This document shows, one piece after another, positions 25,293-38,575 of a stretch of 64,000 nucleotides of DNA. Positions within the stretch are counted from its first letter, which is position 1; every line of letters begins with the position of its first letter. Both the position numbers and the translations under genes were made by a program. The stretch spans positions 230,666 to 294,665 of the forward strand of contig NMRA01000407.1 in the NCBI GenBank assembly GCA_002633005.1. Reading direction: 5' to 3'. A model generated the notes under the pieces. It saw nothing but the letters and a program-made list of their open reading frames with translations, did no database searches and was not told the DNA's origin. This stretch comes from Phoronis australis (Eukaryota; Animalia; Phoronida).

Positions 25293-26404
25293 GTAGGTTG
25301 TGGCTTCATCAGTTTAGAGTATAGAATCTCAACTAATAAAAAATGGAAATTTGTAAATAGCCCTTTTCCATTATAAAGGCGACATGATATTCATCTTCTT
25401 GATAGATGGCGATAGTGTAGTTGATGGACAGCATTTCGCATTCTTGTATGGATTTGATGCAGTGAGATATTTCCCAGTGTTCTTATAAACTCCTTGCAGC
25501 CATCATACTATCGAATCGCCACTGTATTGCTGTGGGATATTCAAACGATTCGCAGAAAAAATGTTAAAGCCTATCTTGAACTGTAACGCCCTGTAAATTC
25601 GGTTCCTATAGTATGTTAAGAGCATCGCGCTGAGCCCACTGGTGCCATAAATTGCCAGATGTAACGAACTGTTAGACGTATTGGCTTGCTCTTGTCTATG
25701 TCACCGTGGGAATCGCCTTTTAATTCACACAGCTGCGAATAACACCTGAACACAATGGTGTTCTATTCAGACCCCTATTCAATACAACTGTTATCGGCCT
25801 TTTGTTGTTTGTGCTGGGATTTCGTGGTGACGCAAGGTGGCACGAAAAGGCAGCTTCACCTATCTGACAGGCTTACATTTGAGTGATTGAACTCGTGTTT
25901 TCTTATTTTACTTAGGCATTGCTATGACTATCTGGTTAGCTTACTACATCTAAAATAACAAAATTCCTTTAAGGTTAGACTTTAAGCGCCTCAAAATTTC
26001 CATGAATGAATGAAACTGCATTTCGTCCAGTCAACTCGGCCGGTCTAGCACACAAGAGCTGGAAATTGGTTCAACAGAAGTTGCTTTTTTGCTCTCGCAA
26101 CACTAAAGAGTTATGTATGGATAGAATGTTTCTTATTAAGTTATGTGTTTGTGTTTTTTGTTTCGAATTAGCCACCTGGTTTAAAAAAAGAGTGCAGGTG
26201 GTCTGATGTCATGTGCGCTGCATCAGACACGTGCAGACCTCATAATTGGGATCATTGCACAAATGAACACCTGAGCTAAAACTCACGAGAGCCCTGTCAT
26301 CGATCAACAGGTTCTTTTTAAAGGAAGTTTTTAAGACTGCCTTTCTTCTTTAAGAAATCGGACAGACTGGTTTATTATTCCCTCTGGTGTTTGTTGTTTC
26401 ACAG

Positions 26405-26507
26405 GGTGGGAGTGGTTGCTAAGCAGTTTGTTGACATTGCCGACCAGAAAGAACATTGGTATGGAACAGAGTACAAAGTGGAAGAAATACCAAAAGATCT
26501 TATCCAG
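26405..26507 (+). CDS. IDE: IDE exon
   Basis: VGVVAKQFVDIADQKEHWYGTEYKVEEIPKDLIQ; AG/GT. Confidence 0.96.
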
Positions 26508-27299
26508 GTAAACTGGCTGGATTTTGTAATTTCAGTACCCATTTTCTACTCACCATCTATCACTACTATGTAGTGAGGGTGGTCTTACATTGTCTGATTA
26601 GCAGTCTGGGGCAACATCTGGCCACCGGGTCTAGTCTCTCTCTTCAAAATTCAACTCAAATGTTGACCAATGGCTCGCCATGCTTTGAGTAAATTTGCAA
26701 ATTTGTGGTTGAATGGTGCAGTGTAGTTGGCTAAATTTGGTGTCTGAGTTGAGTCTGAGTTTGGAGATTCGACCCTAGACACCGATAATATCACTAAATC
26801 CCCTGTAACGAGTAGAACATGATGAGGCAAGGCCGGGGATTTCATCTACGATGCTGCTGTTGTTTTTAAATGCTTTGTTTGACAGCTTTAGGCTCGTCAC
26901 AGATAACTTGTGTAATCTGTTTGGGTGATGAGATTTAACTTTGAGCCTGATTAGCTACTGTATGCCTCGAGAATGGTTCGCAAAAAATTTGCCACTCTAT
27001 GTATGTTTATTTGATGTATTTTGAGGCTGGTTTTCAATCTAGTATTTTCTGGTGATGGGTGCTTCGCTGTTCTCGCACCTCAAACAGATTACAATAAGCA
27101 CATGCGTTCAACTGTTTCATTCAAGTTTAAAGAATCTTTTTCGTCATGTTGTTTATACATCACCAAGTTATCTACAATGCCACTGGTAGTTTATACATCA
27201 CCAAGTTATCTACAATGCCTTTGGTAGTTTACGTGTCAACAACTGTCCCACAATGAATTTGAAAAAATGACAGCAGCACTGTAAATGAAATCCTTTGTC

Positions 27300-27467
27300 T
27301 TGATTCACTGGCTGGCTGCAGGTATATCATTAGGTCCTTCACTGCTCACTTCAACTTGATTCACAGGTAGGCTGCAGGTATGTCATTAGGTCATTCACTG
27401 CTCACTTCAACTTGATTCACAGGTAGGCTGCAGGTATATCATTAGGTCATTCACTGCTCACTTCAAC
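27300..27467. repeat. 56-bp tandem repeat x3
   Basis: ttgattcac... units at 27300, 27356, 27412. Confidence 0.92.
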
Positions 27468-27912
27468 TAACTGGGATAGTAGTGGTTTTGTTGTGGTTGC
27501 GATATCATGCATGACCACGAAAAATTACGAAAGGCGAATGCGTTCGCAAGTATTTTTGGGTCCTTTCCAACATAGACTAGCTAAATGGCTGTCATTGAAG
27601 GGATTGGTTGGCGAGCCCGGAATGTTGAATTATAGGAGAAAAATCGATTCATATGTTTTCTTGTGAATATCATATAGGGAAATACTAACCGTTAATTTTT
27701 TCACTTCGAAAGGAATGAAGTAATTTTCTTGGGCTAAACTTTTGGTAAAACTTTAATTGGTTCTCCCTTTTTGTTGTAACTGGAGATAAACACACTTTTG
27801 CCTTAAGTATTTCAAGATGCACAAATGACTTTCATTTTCTATTGATGAGCTATTGGCACAACAAGGTGACTTGCCTCCATTGTTATTCTGTAATATTTTG
27901 TTTTCTTTTCAG

Positions 27913-28008
27913 AAATGGTCTGACGCTGGTCTTAATGACAATCTCAGTTTGCCTGAAAGAAATGAGTTCATTGCAACAGATTTCGAAATTGTGCTGCGTG
28001 AAGATGAT
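27913..28008 (+). CDS. IDE: IDE exon
   Basis: KWSDAGLNDNLSLPERNEFIATDFEIVLREDD; AG/GT. Confidence 0.95.
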
Positions 28009-29594
28009 GTAAGTAAACATTTATAACATAAAACATTATCCTTTGAATAACAAGGCGTTTAACATTTGTCCAATTGTTAATGGTTCAAAACATAAGATTT
28101 TATCTGACTCCTCGGTAGTGGCAAAACATCAAAGTTTACGCACTAGAATATGACGTAAACTGTCAAACGTTATGCTCTGAATAACATGCATTGACCAAGC
28201 ATCAATTTTTTTTCACTAGGTAACAACTGTTACATTAACTGTCAAATTTTGTTCAGGGCATAATAACCCAAAGCATTAAAACTGTTTTCATCAGAAAATT
28301 CCATTAAACATAGTGTGTCTACTTTGGAAACATTGTCCACGTGGTTGATGTTAACTGTAATATAGTTTCAGGTAACCAGGCTTTGTGGTCTCAAATATTT
28401 AGAAAATTTGAGGCGTTTCATCAGCAGTGCTGCTGTCATTTTTCAAATGCCTTATGGGACAGTCATGGCCTTGTTTACATCCGCTGACATCACAAATAAA
28501 TTTGGTGGTGTGTAATCGATGTGACAGAAAACAACACATATCACTTGTGTACACCAGAATTGAAGAGATTCTTTGAAACATTGAATCCCAAGCTTGAAAA
28601 CAAAAATGCTTCTTTTGACCAAGCTCGAGTGAGACTGTCGGTCAGTAATTTAGTTTAAGCTGGCTATATTTGGCGAATATTGTCACTCAGCAAAACTCGT
28701 TTTCTTAGCGACTGGTGATCAAAACAAACATATCCCACCGTGGCCTCTTCACATGTGACAAAGGAGCTCATGAAGTGCACTCAACAGATGGCCCTAAAAT
28801 AAAGAATTCTGCCATTTTGCTAGCAAGATTATTCCAGATTAGCGTAGAAACTTGAATAAACCAGGACTGAAAAGCTTGACTAATATTGTGCAAGCATGAA
28901 TAATATCGGACAAGTTTGATTAATCTTACCTGTACGGATTATTTAAAAATGATGAGTTTATTGTAAACTTAAAAAAAATAAACGAGTAAAAGCGAGTCTC
29001 AAAAGGCATCAAATAAATAAATAGATTAGCAAAACTTTTGAGCAAACGATTCTTGAGGTACGAGCCATCCAATCACGCTTAACTTAAATCTCATCTAAAA
29101 TGTAAATTCCAGATCAGTTTACATGTCACCAAATTACGTTTATGAGCTGATGCAATGTAAAGCATACAGTTAGTAACACTGTGACAATGTTTGTGTGGAT
29201 GTGCCTCTCCAGTTTCCTTGTTATTTTATCTTCACTTATAGCTAATGCACTCTGTGTTCTCCACAGTCTGTTTTGATTCGTAACGACGTCGAGTTTGAAT
29301 TTTCTCATGGCGAGTTTGGTTTACTTGCATCGAGTTTGAAAACTTGTGCAACGAGATTGAACTTTTGAAAGATTAGTCACCTTTAGTAAATTATGACATT
29401 TTGGATTTTTGGCACCAATTCAATCCATTTATTCCAAGACTTAACACAAAAAATCATCACAGTACGGACATGGATTGTCAAACCTTTTCCTTAAATTGAT
29501 AATTCCAGTCGAGTTTGAATTTTCTGTTGCGGAGAACTTTGGTACTGTGATGTCGCACTAGCTCCTACCAATCGTTGGTTGTCGTTATTTTCAG

Positions 29595-29704
29595 TGCAAT
29601 GAATTGCCTCAAGTGTTAGAGGACACCCCTATGAGTCGCCTCTGGTTCAAACAGGACAACACATTTCTCCTCCCTAAAGCCTGTCTTAGTTTTGACCTTT
29701 CCAG
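29595..29704 (+). CDS. IDE: IDE exon
   Basis: [37 protein letters not shown]; AG/GT. Confidence 0.96.
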
Positions 29705-30549
29705 GTATGTAATTCAATTCTTTTAGTCAAAGCTAGCGACTTGCATATTTGTAAACTGTTGTTATGACACTCGTATTTTGACATTATCTATTTGCGTTCA
29801 TTGGCTTATGCATTGGCCCTGAATGGACAGAAGTTGTCTAATCGTAGGTGCTAATCTGTATAAAAAGAACAAACTAGAATTTTCTGCAGGCACAGATGTG
29901 AAGCTATCATTCTTTCAGTGTCCATTGTGTAATGCAGCTTTATATATATGGCAAGAACGAATGAAAATTAAAAAATGTTTCTTGACACCAATAGGAATGC
30001 TCAAGTCTTCTTTGAAATGGTCTATTGTGGTATATCCATGAGTTTTTCAACCAATTGGGAATTTATGATGGTGAGCCCAGGACACGTGGCATATTTTTCA
30101 CCGTTCTAGGCCCTGATTTATAAAGCTAGGCATGCTGATGGAAACAGGGGTCTGTAAACTGATTATGTGCCAGTGACATACAAATGGATTGAGGACAATG
30201 TGCCGTTGTAGTTATCAAAACCAATGGTACACTATTGTAACACTTCACTTATTTAGCGCACAACATAGCTTTTAAGTGATTGCTAATTCCTCCACAAAAA
30301 TGACAATTAAGAACATTTTAGTTTATTGCAACTTTGGTTAGCAGTATGTTGATGTCATGAAAACGTTTGCAAAAAGGGTAAACAGGCAATGAAATTGGAA
30401 AAATGACCATTTTAGGAATTATTTTTGTGCAACATTAGTGAAGCATTACCAAGAACAGCCAACAGGGGTGTTTTACAAGTTTTTAATACCTGTGTAATTT
30501 GTACAGAAGCCTGACTGTCACCCTCAATGTCACTCTGCTTACCTTACAG

Positions 30550-30694
30550 TCCCATTGCCTACCAGGACCCTGTCCACGCCAACCTGACATACATGTTCAC
30601 CCAGTGTTTCAATGACGCCCTGAACGAGTATTCCTACATGGCCGAACTAGCAGGACTCAAGTACGACTTGTTCAACACCATGTACGGGCTGTCT
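30550..30694 (+). CDS. IDE: IDE exon (145 nt, equivalent to mammalian exon 15)
   Basis: [48 protein letters not shown]; AG/GT. Confidence 0.97.
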
Positions 30695-30836
30695 GTAAGT
30701 GGCTATCACTGTTTGATGTTGTATGAGATAAAATTTGTCTGGTAAGAGCGAAATATACAACTAATGCTTGACCACAAGGTGGCGCTATCATGTCTAATAC
30801 ATCAGAATGTTAGGATCACTGAGTCTGAATATTTAA

Positions 30837-31109
30837 GGCTGCATTTTACCTTGTTTAGCTTGCCAATCAACAAAAATTGAATTGGATTAATTACGTTCAT
30901 GAAATCGGCCTCATAATGTTCCGTATTGAGATGGGATTCCATGTCTATTACCAACCCCAACCCCAGTCACAAACAAAGCTTACGTGCGCCATTTTCGAAT
31001 TTGCAATTCTAGGGTTGGCTAACCCCATTAAACTCTGAAGCGATTTCTTGAGTCGCTTATGGTTTTGTTATTCTCTTTTTTAGCCAGCTAAACGAGGTTA
31101 AATGAAGCC
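30837..31109. mobile_element. 273-bp MITE with TTAA flanks (Kolobok- or Harbinger-like)
   Basis: TTAA-GGCTGCATTTTACCTTGTTTAGCT ... AGCTAAACGAGGTTAAATGAAGCC-TTAA imperfect ~24-bp TIR. Confidence 0.8.
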
Positions 31110-31671
31110 TTAACTTTTCTAGTCCACATTGCCGTCATTGTGCCCCGGGCCCTGCCTAACATTTACGTAATCTTCACTCAGTCACATCTCTACTCAGCTT
31201 GGTGTTTAACGCCCTTCTCATATCTCACACTCAAGGAGGAGAATCGTCAACTGTAAGCTTCCCAATATTATAGCATTTATTGTTGTGTTAAGACAAAACT
31301 TGTGGTGAAGTTGCAGCTGGTGTGGCTGTTAATACCAATCACAGTGAGTTTTCACACATAAGAATTAAAAACGTCTTATTAATTATGAGTTTTCTTATGA
31401 GGATGGTGCTGTGAGTGCTTAGCTGTGAGTGCGTACCTGAGAGTGGTTAGCTGCGAGCTCACAATCTTGCAGTTTTTGCAACAAATTCAACGAAACTCTA
31501 GGAAGAGGTTAAAGATTTGTAAGATTGAGAAATCTCTTCAGTGAATATGGCTATCCGGGGTTTCAAATTGATAATTATAGAAATGAAGCAGTTTGACTGT
31601 GGTATCAAAATACTACCGACGATGTCTGATTCATCAAAATGCGTTTACTCTCATTTATTGTTGTCTTCCAG

Positions 31672-31782
31672 TTGAGCATCAAGGGTTACAGTGACAAGCA
31701 GCACATCTTGCTTCAGAAGATCATGGACAAGTTGACTTCCTTCAAGGTGGATGCTGGTCGCTTTGAAATAAACAAGGAAAAT
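31672..31782 (+). CDS. IDE: IDE exon
   Basis: LSIKGYSDKQHILLQKIMDKLTSFKVDAGRFEINKEN; AG/GT. Confidence 0.96.
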
Positions 31783-32220
31783 GTAAGGGAATCATCTGTT
31801 TTTCAACATTTTCTTTGAATTATGCGCAAATTATAGCTCTAACGTACACTCTGGAAGTTAGTTAATGCATTTTCTATGATGCTAAATGTTAAGGACAACA
31901 GCATTTGCTTGGTTGACTGAATTGTAGTTTTCTCATTAAAGGCTGCATTGAATGATGATGAACACTATCTCATTCTCTTTGAATCACAATGTAATTTTTC
32001 TGGCTGGCTGCAGTTGGAGTCGACATTGTTGAAGGCGAGAGTCCTTACTGAATATGTGATGACATCTAGTATAGGATAAGTTTATCTTAAAGACCATGGC
32101 ACTTAATTAATTTGCAATACTAGGTTCTATTACCATTGCTTTAAGACATGTGGTTGTGTTGCATGGCAATATCATGATATAACGGGAAATATTTTGATGA
32201 GTTACTTGTTCTTAAAAGAT

Positions 32221-32440
32221 ATTCTCACAGGTTAGCTGGTCCCAGTATCCTCAGGCATATTCTCACGGGTTAGCTGGTCCCAGTATCCACAGGCATAGTG
32301 TCTCACAGGTTAGCTGGTCCCAGTATCCTCAGGCATAGTGTCTCACAGGTTAGCTGGTCCCNTCTCTCGGGTTAGCTGGTCCCAGTATCCTCAGGCATAG
32401 TGTCTCATAGGTTAGCTGGTCCCAGTATCCTCAGGCATAG
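32221..32440. repeat. 40-bp minisatellite (~5.5 units, contains an N at 32362); 4 units in copy B at 39300-39460
   Basis: tagtgtctcacaggttagctggtcccagtatcctcaggca repeated. Confidence 0.93.
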
Positions 32441-32520
32441 TGACGAAGCATGCTGCTCTGTATTATATCTTGAAAAAATTCACGATTCGTAATTCATCAT
32501 TTGCACCAATCACCTTACAG

Positions 32521-32641
32521 TACGTTCGCCGACTGCAAAACTTCCGAGCAGAGCAGCCCCACCAACATGCTATTTATTATTGCTCGCTGCTGGTCACCGA
32601 ACATGCCTGGACCAAGGCCGAACTACTGGACGTCATGGATG
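32521..32641 (+). CDS. IDE: IDE exon (copy A)
   Basis: YVRRLQNFRAEQPHQHAIYYCSLLVTEHAWTKAELLDVMD; AG/GT. Confidence 0.93.
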
Positions 32642-33149
32642 GTACATAGTACACAATTTAATGTTGTAATTTTAAGGATAGTTATAGAATAGTAACAGTA
32701 AATAGAATTTCTATCTACAGTTAGTTGTAAACTCCTTCCTTTGAAGTAATCAAATTTTCATTAATGTCACTTTTTAAAATTGGGCATAAAATGCTCCTAG
32801 CTCGGGTTAGAAGTGATTTTTGTGCTTAAGGAGAACCAACAGTTAGGTGGTTACTTCAGACCAGGTTCTGCAAGTTGCCTTGAACCAGCTGGTTGTTGTA
32901 TGTGCCGAGCATGGTCTCATGTAGCAACAAACTGTCTGTTCTTCCCAAGTCTAGAAATCACTTCTAATCTGAGAAAGGAACAAGTTGAGATGAGTTTTAT
33001 ATGGTAAGTGGTCTGTTAGTAAGTGGTGTGTTAGTAAGTGGTCTTTTAGTAAGTGGTGCAAGAAAGTTAACAGTATTCTTTTGCATATATCTTTTATTCC
33101 ATGCTTTGTAATTACATACTATTTATTGTGAATTTTATGGTGTTTTCAG

Positions 33150-33241
33150 AGGTGACCATCGAAGCCCTTGAAGATTTCATTCCACGTTTGTTGTCAAAAA
33201 TCCGTATTGACAGTTTGATATATGGTAACATGACTAAACAG
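33150..33241 (+). CDS. IDE: IDE exon (copy A)
   Basis: VTIEALEDFIPRLLSKIRIDSLIYGNMTKQ; AG/GT. Confidence 0.93.
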
Positions 33242-33614
33242 GTACTGGATAGTAATGAGTCATCATTTGATAGTAACAACCTGTTTGGTTGTTCATATAA
33301 AAATACTGTTTTAGGAAGCTTTTAAAAATGCTTGTAGTTAAAACCAGTTTTGAAAGTGTCAAACACTTGTTAATTGTATCCCTCTTTATCCATTCTAGTA
33401 GAAAATGTATTAAATACGTAACTGTCAAAATATAAGCCGTTTTTGGAACTGTGCAAGCTTGGGAGAATTTTTACTGCACATAATGGGTTACTTAAACTGT
33501 TCATTGATATCAAGTAAGACAATTACTGATTCTAAGATTCGTCTTCCTTAATTTGCAAATGTCTTGAAAATAGGATGTGTGAACCTTTAAAGTTGTTATG
33601 TTTTGCTATTATAG

Positions 33615-33726
33615 AGGGCGCTGTATATGAACACCATTGTAGTGAAGGCTTTACAAGAGAAAATGAACAGTAAGCCGCTGTTACCAAGTCAACAAAAGAA
33701 GATGAGAGAGGTCCAGTTACCCGATG
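33615..33726 (+). CDS. IDE: IDE exon (copy A)
   Basis: RALYMNTIVVKALQEKMNSKPLLPSQQKKMREVQLPD; AG/GT. Confidence 0.93.
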
Positions 33727-33962
33727 GTATGAGATTTTAGAGATTTTATTCTTTGTGTCAGAGCAGTTATTTTACAGTTTCAGCACCATTTGAAAACCCA
33801 GGTTTACCACAAGGCCTTCTGAGTATTTGTACGTTTTGCAACTTAATTGCCTTTACAGCTAGGCAGATGGCAACCAATTTTGTCAGGTCATAAGAAGATC
33901 AATTCTAACACAGATTTTCCTCTTGTGTTTCTAGTTCATGTGCTATAGTTTGTGTGTGTGTG

Positions 33963-34320
33963 CAAAGTCTGCATAATATTCCACAAAGTCTGTGTAATAT
34001 TCTGTAAAGTCTGCGTACTATTCCACAAAGTCTGTATACTATTCTGTAAAGTCTGCGTACTATTCCACAAAGTCTGTGTAATATTCCACAAAGTCTGTGT
34101 AATATTTTGTAAAGTCTGCGTACTATTCCGCAAAGTCTGCATAATATTCCACAAAGTCTGTGTAATATCCTGTAAAGTCTGCGTACTATTCCGCAAAGTC
34201 TGTGCAATATTCTGTAAAGTCTGCGTACTATTCCGCAAAGTCTGTGTAATATTCTGTAAAGTCTGCGTACTATTCCGCAAAGTCTGCGTAATATTCCACA
34301 AAGTCTGTGTATTATTCCGC
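33963..34320. repeat. 21-bp minisatellite (~17 units; ~7 units in copy B at 41036-41182)
   Basis: aaagtctg(t/c)gta(a/c)tatt(ccac/ctgt/ccgc) repeated; source of the spurious repetitive ORFs. Confidence 0.95.
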
Positions 34321-34554
34321 TGTCAGTGCGAAATATTCCGCATGGCAAAAATTGAGCTGCTAATTGAGAAAAACATTGTAAACAGTCATGTTTAGGGTAA
34401 GGTATGGATTTGGTTCATGGCCTAAAGTGGATATAAGAAAGTGAGGAACCGTTCTGTCCACTTTGAGACTAAATAAGAAAGTCTCATTTGAAAAAATCAC
34501 CTTTAGTTTAGTCATGTTACTAATTGACAGGTTGCTCCAGCTACTTACTATTAG

Positions 34555-37500
34555 CAGGAAGAGATAACCAGTACGGAACAACTGTTTTAGCGCATTTTAA
34601 CGTGTTTTCAAAGGTGATTTCAAAAGTAAATGTTAAAATCGTCTGGAATCCAAGCATTGGGTTTGAAAGCTTAACTCTTTAGCTATAAAATGACACCACT
34701 TTGGTCCCCAAAGACTGCATATTAATGGCACTAGGATGCTTTGAACATGACATGTTTTACCCTTCTAAAAGATGCCTCTTCCCAGGCATGTACTCGGGCA
34801 TGATCCTCTTTTTTGAACCAACAGATGTTACTAATATATGCAAATGAGGCTCGCATCTCCTATGTCAGCTTCCAATTTGAACCCTCAGGTGCCAAAAGTG
34901 AATGACTTGAAACACAGTTCTACCTGATTGGGCAGATCTAAGAAAATTAAGAACTCACACAAGTCGATGATCAAAAAACATTGAATGGTTTCACATGAAA
35001 ATACAAGCTCCAAGGTCATTTTTTTACCCAGTTTTGGGAAAAGTTCATTTTAATATGGGGATTTCCTGAAGATTTTTTGAAAGATATGATCCTGAAATAT
35101 CAAAATTCCTTGTTGAAACACGGCCACTAGTCCAGCTTCTGCCGGGCGGCTGGGGAAAATGAACGCGTGTCCCAAAAATGCACACACTTCAACCCCTCAG
35201 TGCAGTTCAATTCTTTTCCCGTCAATCACTGTGTGCGGATTCTACGCGGGCAGACTACTGCATGACTACAACTTATTTTTAACGTGGGTGCGTCACTCAG
35301 TCACGACGTGTCCAGCCTTTTCAGTATGGCAAGCAAACAATTTGATTTAGAAGAACCTAAATTCATTGCACAATACTACTGGGAACTACAAGCATCAAGG
35401 AAGTGCAAAGACAATCTTTCCAAATTTATGAGCAATGACTTGAACTTCTTTTTCGATCTACGGTTTGTAAATTTTTGAATTTCATTAGTCTAGTTTTGAA
35501 TTCAATAAAGCATTTAGAGCTGCCCGACATTCATGAATATCACTGTTATCGTTAAGTGTCCTTCTTTGCGATATGGTGGTCTGATGATGGATCGAATTTT
35601 TGCAAGTCAGCCTTCAGGCTTCAACTAAGTTCAGTGAGGCATCGCCATTTCTTACAAGACAGCTTCTGTGCTGTGCACGAATGTTTTGTGTTTTTGATGA
35701 ATTTGGAATCTCAACTTCCCCTCGTGAGTAGTTGGCAGTGTCATGTCGGAGGTGTATAGAGGGCGCAGTACTGAAAAAAGTGGGAGCTAAAGCCCTCTCA
35801 GCCCCCCGGTAGTGCACCGCCTATGGACCACTGAAAAACTTGGACTGAATTAATACGCTCCTCAAAACTTTTGCTTTACAAATTTTCTCGAATTTTCGAA
35901 ATACATGTATGAATGATTAAGTGCACATTTTCAAGCCAAGGGCGCTTAGATGACCTATGCTGCAAAAATGGAGACCCTAACAAAAATTGTCCTGGACAGG
36001 GCCCTCAAATGGTAAACCATACACTGATACTGAGTTGTCAATGTTCTCTTGAATTTTCTCTCTGATCAGTATTCGAAATCTTTCTTTTTTGTCTTTCCCC
36101 AGCCCCACACCTTTGTCGGTTGCCATGGTTTGACCGTGAGGCATGCAATTTTTTTGGGGTGGCACTCGCCCCCCCTGCTTACTAAGTTCCTGATGCAAGG
36201 AGTCCATCTTTGGTCCAAGGTCAATGTTGTGTTTCAACACGCACTCGTTGTATAGCTTGAGCATTAAATTAAAAGTTTAAGAAATACAGGAGCATTTTTG
36301 TGCATTTGTTGTGCATGTAAAAGGGTTTATGGATTCGTACTGAATTGGTTGCTGCAACTTGTCTCATAGGCTTGTACCCGGCACGTGACCACAAATGTGG
36401 ACACTAATTCGTCTATTGCGCAAGTCGACTGTAGCAAGGTGGCCAGTGAAAATGTAAGGCAGCACCAGGCCAGTGGGCGTGTGTGACAACTCGGATTTCT
36501 AGTCTCTTATTATGAAAACCATTGAATGGCAATTACCAGCACCTGCAAACAAGAATTTTGATGTATGGAGAATTTCAACAGAAGTTAGCTGTAGACTTAG
36601 TCGCGAAGCTGCCGACATTCCAGCCACGGTTACTGCCGGTCCTTCGAAGCAATTATAGCACATATACACAAATTTTTAAGAATGGCGTTTTGTGTTGACG
36701 GAAATGTCCATGGCGTCGAGGAATTTGAGGCATTTAATGATGAACAACTGTTGTGGCTTAATTTGGAAAAACACCTAGCAAAACTAACTTCCAAGTATGC
36801 ATGCTGTGGCGGAATTAAGAAATACGATTATGGCAATGCTAATTGTGGCAGAGCCATAAAGTGTGCTAAAATGGTAGAAAATTAGGCATAACATTTCAGT
36901 AGCAGATAAAAGGTTGTTTGGCACAGGAGAAGGCCGATGTCTTCAATGCTCAGAAAAATTTCGGCAGGCAAGAGACTTGCCAAGAAAACGGCACAGTTGA
37001 GTCCGGGCATTCTAAAGGAAAGAACTCTAGCCAATTCCAATTATTCGGTGCAACTTCTCTCACCCGACGGCGTTGTTTCACAATACCGCAACCTCAAACA
37101 ACGTCAAAGAAACGAAACGCGGAGGGTGAGATATTACAGAGTATTAATATTTATTCTTGGGCACTGGTATTTACCTCAAAATGAATTTCCCACGGTCATT
37201 CTTTATGCCGATAGCAATGTTTTCATCAAGAAGAACAGGAATCATAGACATCCCGCGCGCTCCATCTATGGTTCTGACTCTTCAAACTTTTGTCAACACG
37301 ATAGGTAGTCGCAGAAAGTTCGATGTTGACCTCATTCTAATCTTCTCTGCAATCCACTGTTAGGGGACGAAAACAATTCAAAGTCTGCTCCTCAAAATAG
37401 GGCTTGCTTAGCTGGAATTCTAAACTGCGGTCATGAGAGTGTTTACACCTCCTGATTGCGAAGCGATCGAGTTTGCTGTGATATCTTCATCAGCGCGTGC

Positions 37501-37881
37501 TCTCAGTGGGAGGTCACCGCTTTATTCACTCAAGGGCTCGACCAACAACTGACAAGAGTCGCAGAACTCCCACATGCAAATTTGATATGCAAACGAGGGA
37601 GTACTTGACTATTGCGCCATCTATACATCGACAGAAAAGCTTAAATACCTGTGACTGCGTGTGGGAAGTTGCGATTGAGTGCGCTGAAGTCGATATTTTC
37701 AAAGTACAATTACACCACTGTTTAAGGTTTCAAAGTGAGTTTTTTGATATCCTTCTATAGAAAAAGCTTTAATCTCTCTGATAAAATCATCTGTTTCGGC
37801 TTTTAAAAGTCCTGAAAGTCCGGGGAAGGAGGCCAAAAACGGCGGTTTAGCTAGTTGTCCCTTCCTGGTTATCTCTTCCTG
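34555..37881. mobile_element. 3.3-kb non-autonomous TIR DNA transposon insertion (P-element-like CA..TG ends)
   Basis: Perfect 17-bp TIR CAGGAAGAGATAACCAG / CTGGTTATCTCTTCCTG; flanks ctattag / gtattag; empty site ctattagtgtag present in copy B at ~41432. Confidence 0.9.
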
Positions 37882-37934
37882 GTATTAGTGTAGTCAGTCC
37901 ACACTGGTTATATAGTCATGTTACTGATTGACAG

Positions 37935-38102
37935 GTTGCTCCTACTGCTACCAGTGTAGTAATGACGTGCACACTAGTACATCACTGGAAATCTACTATC
38001 AGTGTAACATGCAGGAGACTCGCAACAACATGCTACTAGAACTGTTCTGTCAGGTGATACAAGAGCCCTGCTTTGACACCCTGCGCACCAAGGAACAGCT
38101 GG
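37935..38102 (+). CDS. IDE: IDE exon (copy A)
   Basis: [55 protein letters not shown]; AG/GT. Confidence 0.93.
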
Positions 38103-38450
38103 GTAAGACAAAGGGACTCACAGGTGTATGATCATGTGGTTGAGACTAGATTAATGTTGGTAAATATAGCCTAGCTATTGCCTTGAATTCATCAATATTC
38201 TTAGTAATTATGGAATTTTTCATTTAAGGTATGATTTCAATAGTGTACAACCAGTTACCCTATAATTTCCTTGCATGGATTCTTAGATAGTGTGTGTTAT
38301 GCATTCAGTAATAGAATTGAGGCACTGTCCAGAAAAACACCCACCCTGTTCGTAAATATTTTAAATGATCATAAAAGTTTATTTCTGATAACTACATCTA
38401 ACTTCAATTTATGTTGTATTGTTTTTATTGTGTCCTTATTGTTTGTTCAG

Positions 38451-38575
38451 GCTATATTGTGTTCAGCGGTATTCGACGGTCAAGTGGCGTCCAAGGTCTC
38501 AGGGTCATAGTTCAGTCTGACCGGTCACCCGAATACGTGGAGTCTAGGGTAGAGGCCTTCTTGCACAGTGCACAG
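38451..38575 (+). CDS. IDE: IDE exon (copy A)
   Basis: [41 protein letters not shown]; AG/GT. Confidence 0.93.

Noticed and set aside
25370-25640. Possible LINE C-terminal remnant (…EDEYHV, minus strand)
   Set aside because: Single short motif, insufficient evidence
29705-31671. Mutually exclusive paralogue of the 145-nt exon (mammalian 15a/15b)
   Set aside because: Only one copy visible in the flanking introns
33905-34395. Long repetitive ORFs on both strands (Cys/Lys/Val or Leu/Arg rich)
   Set aside because: Translations of the intronic 21-bp minisatellite
36682-37760. ORFs inside the 3.3-kb insertion as a transposase
   Set aside because: Short, with no recognisable DDE, THAP or BED motifs
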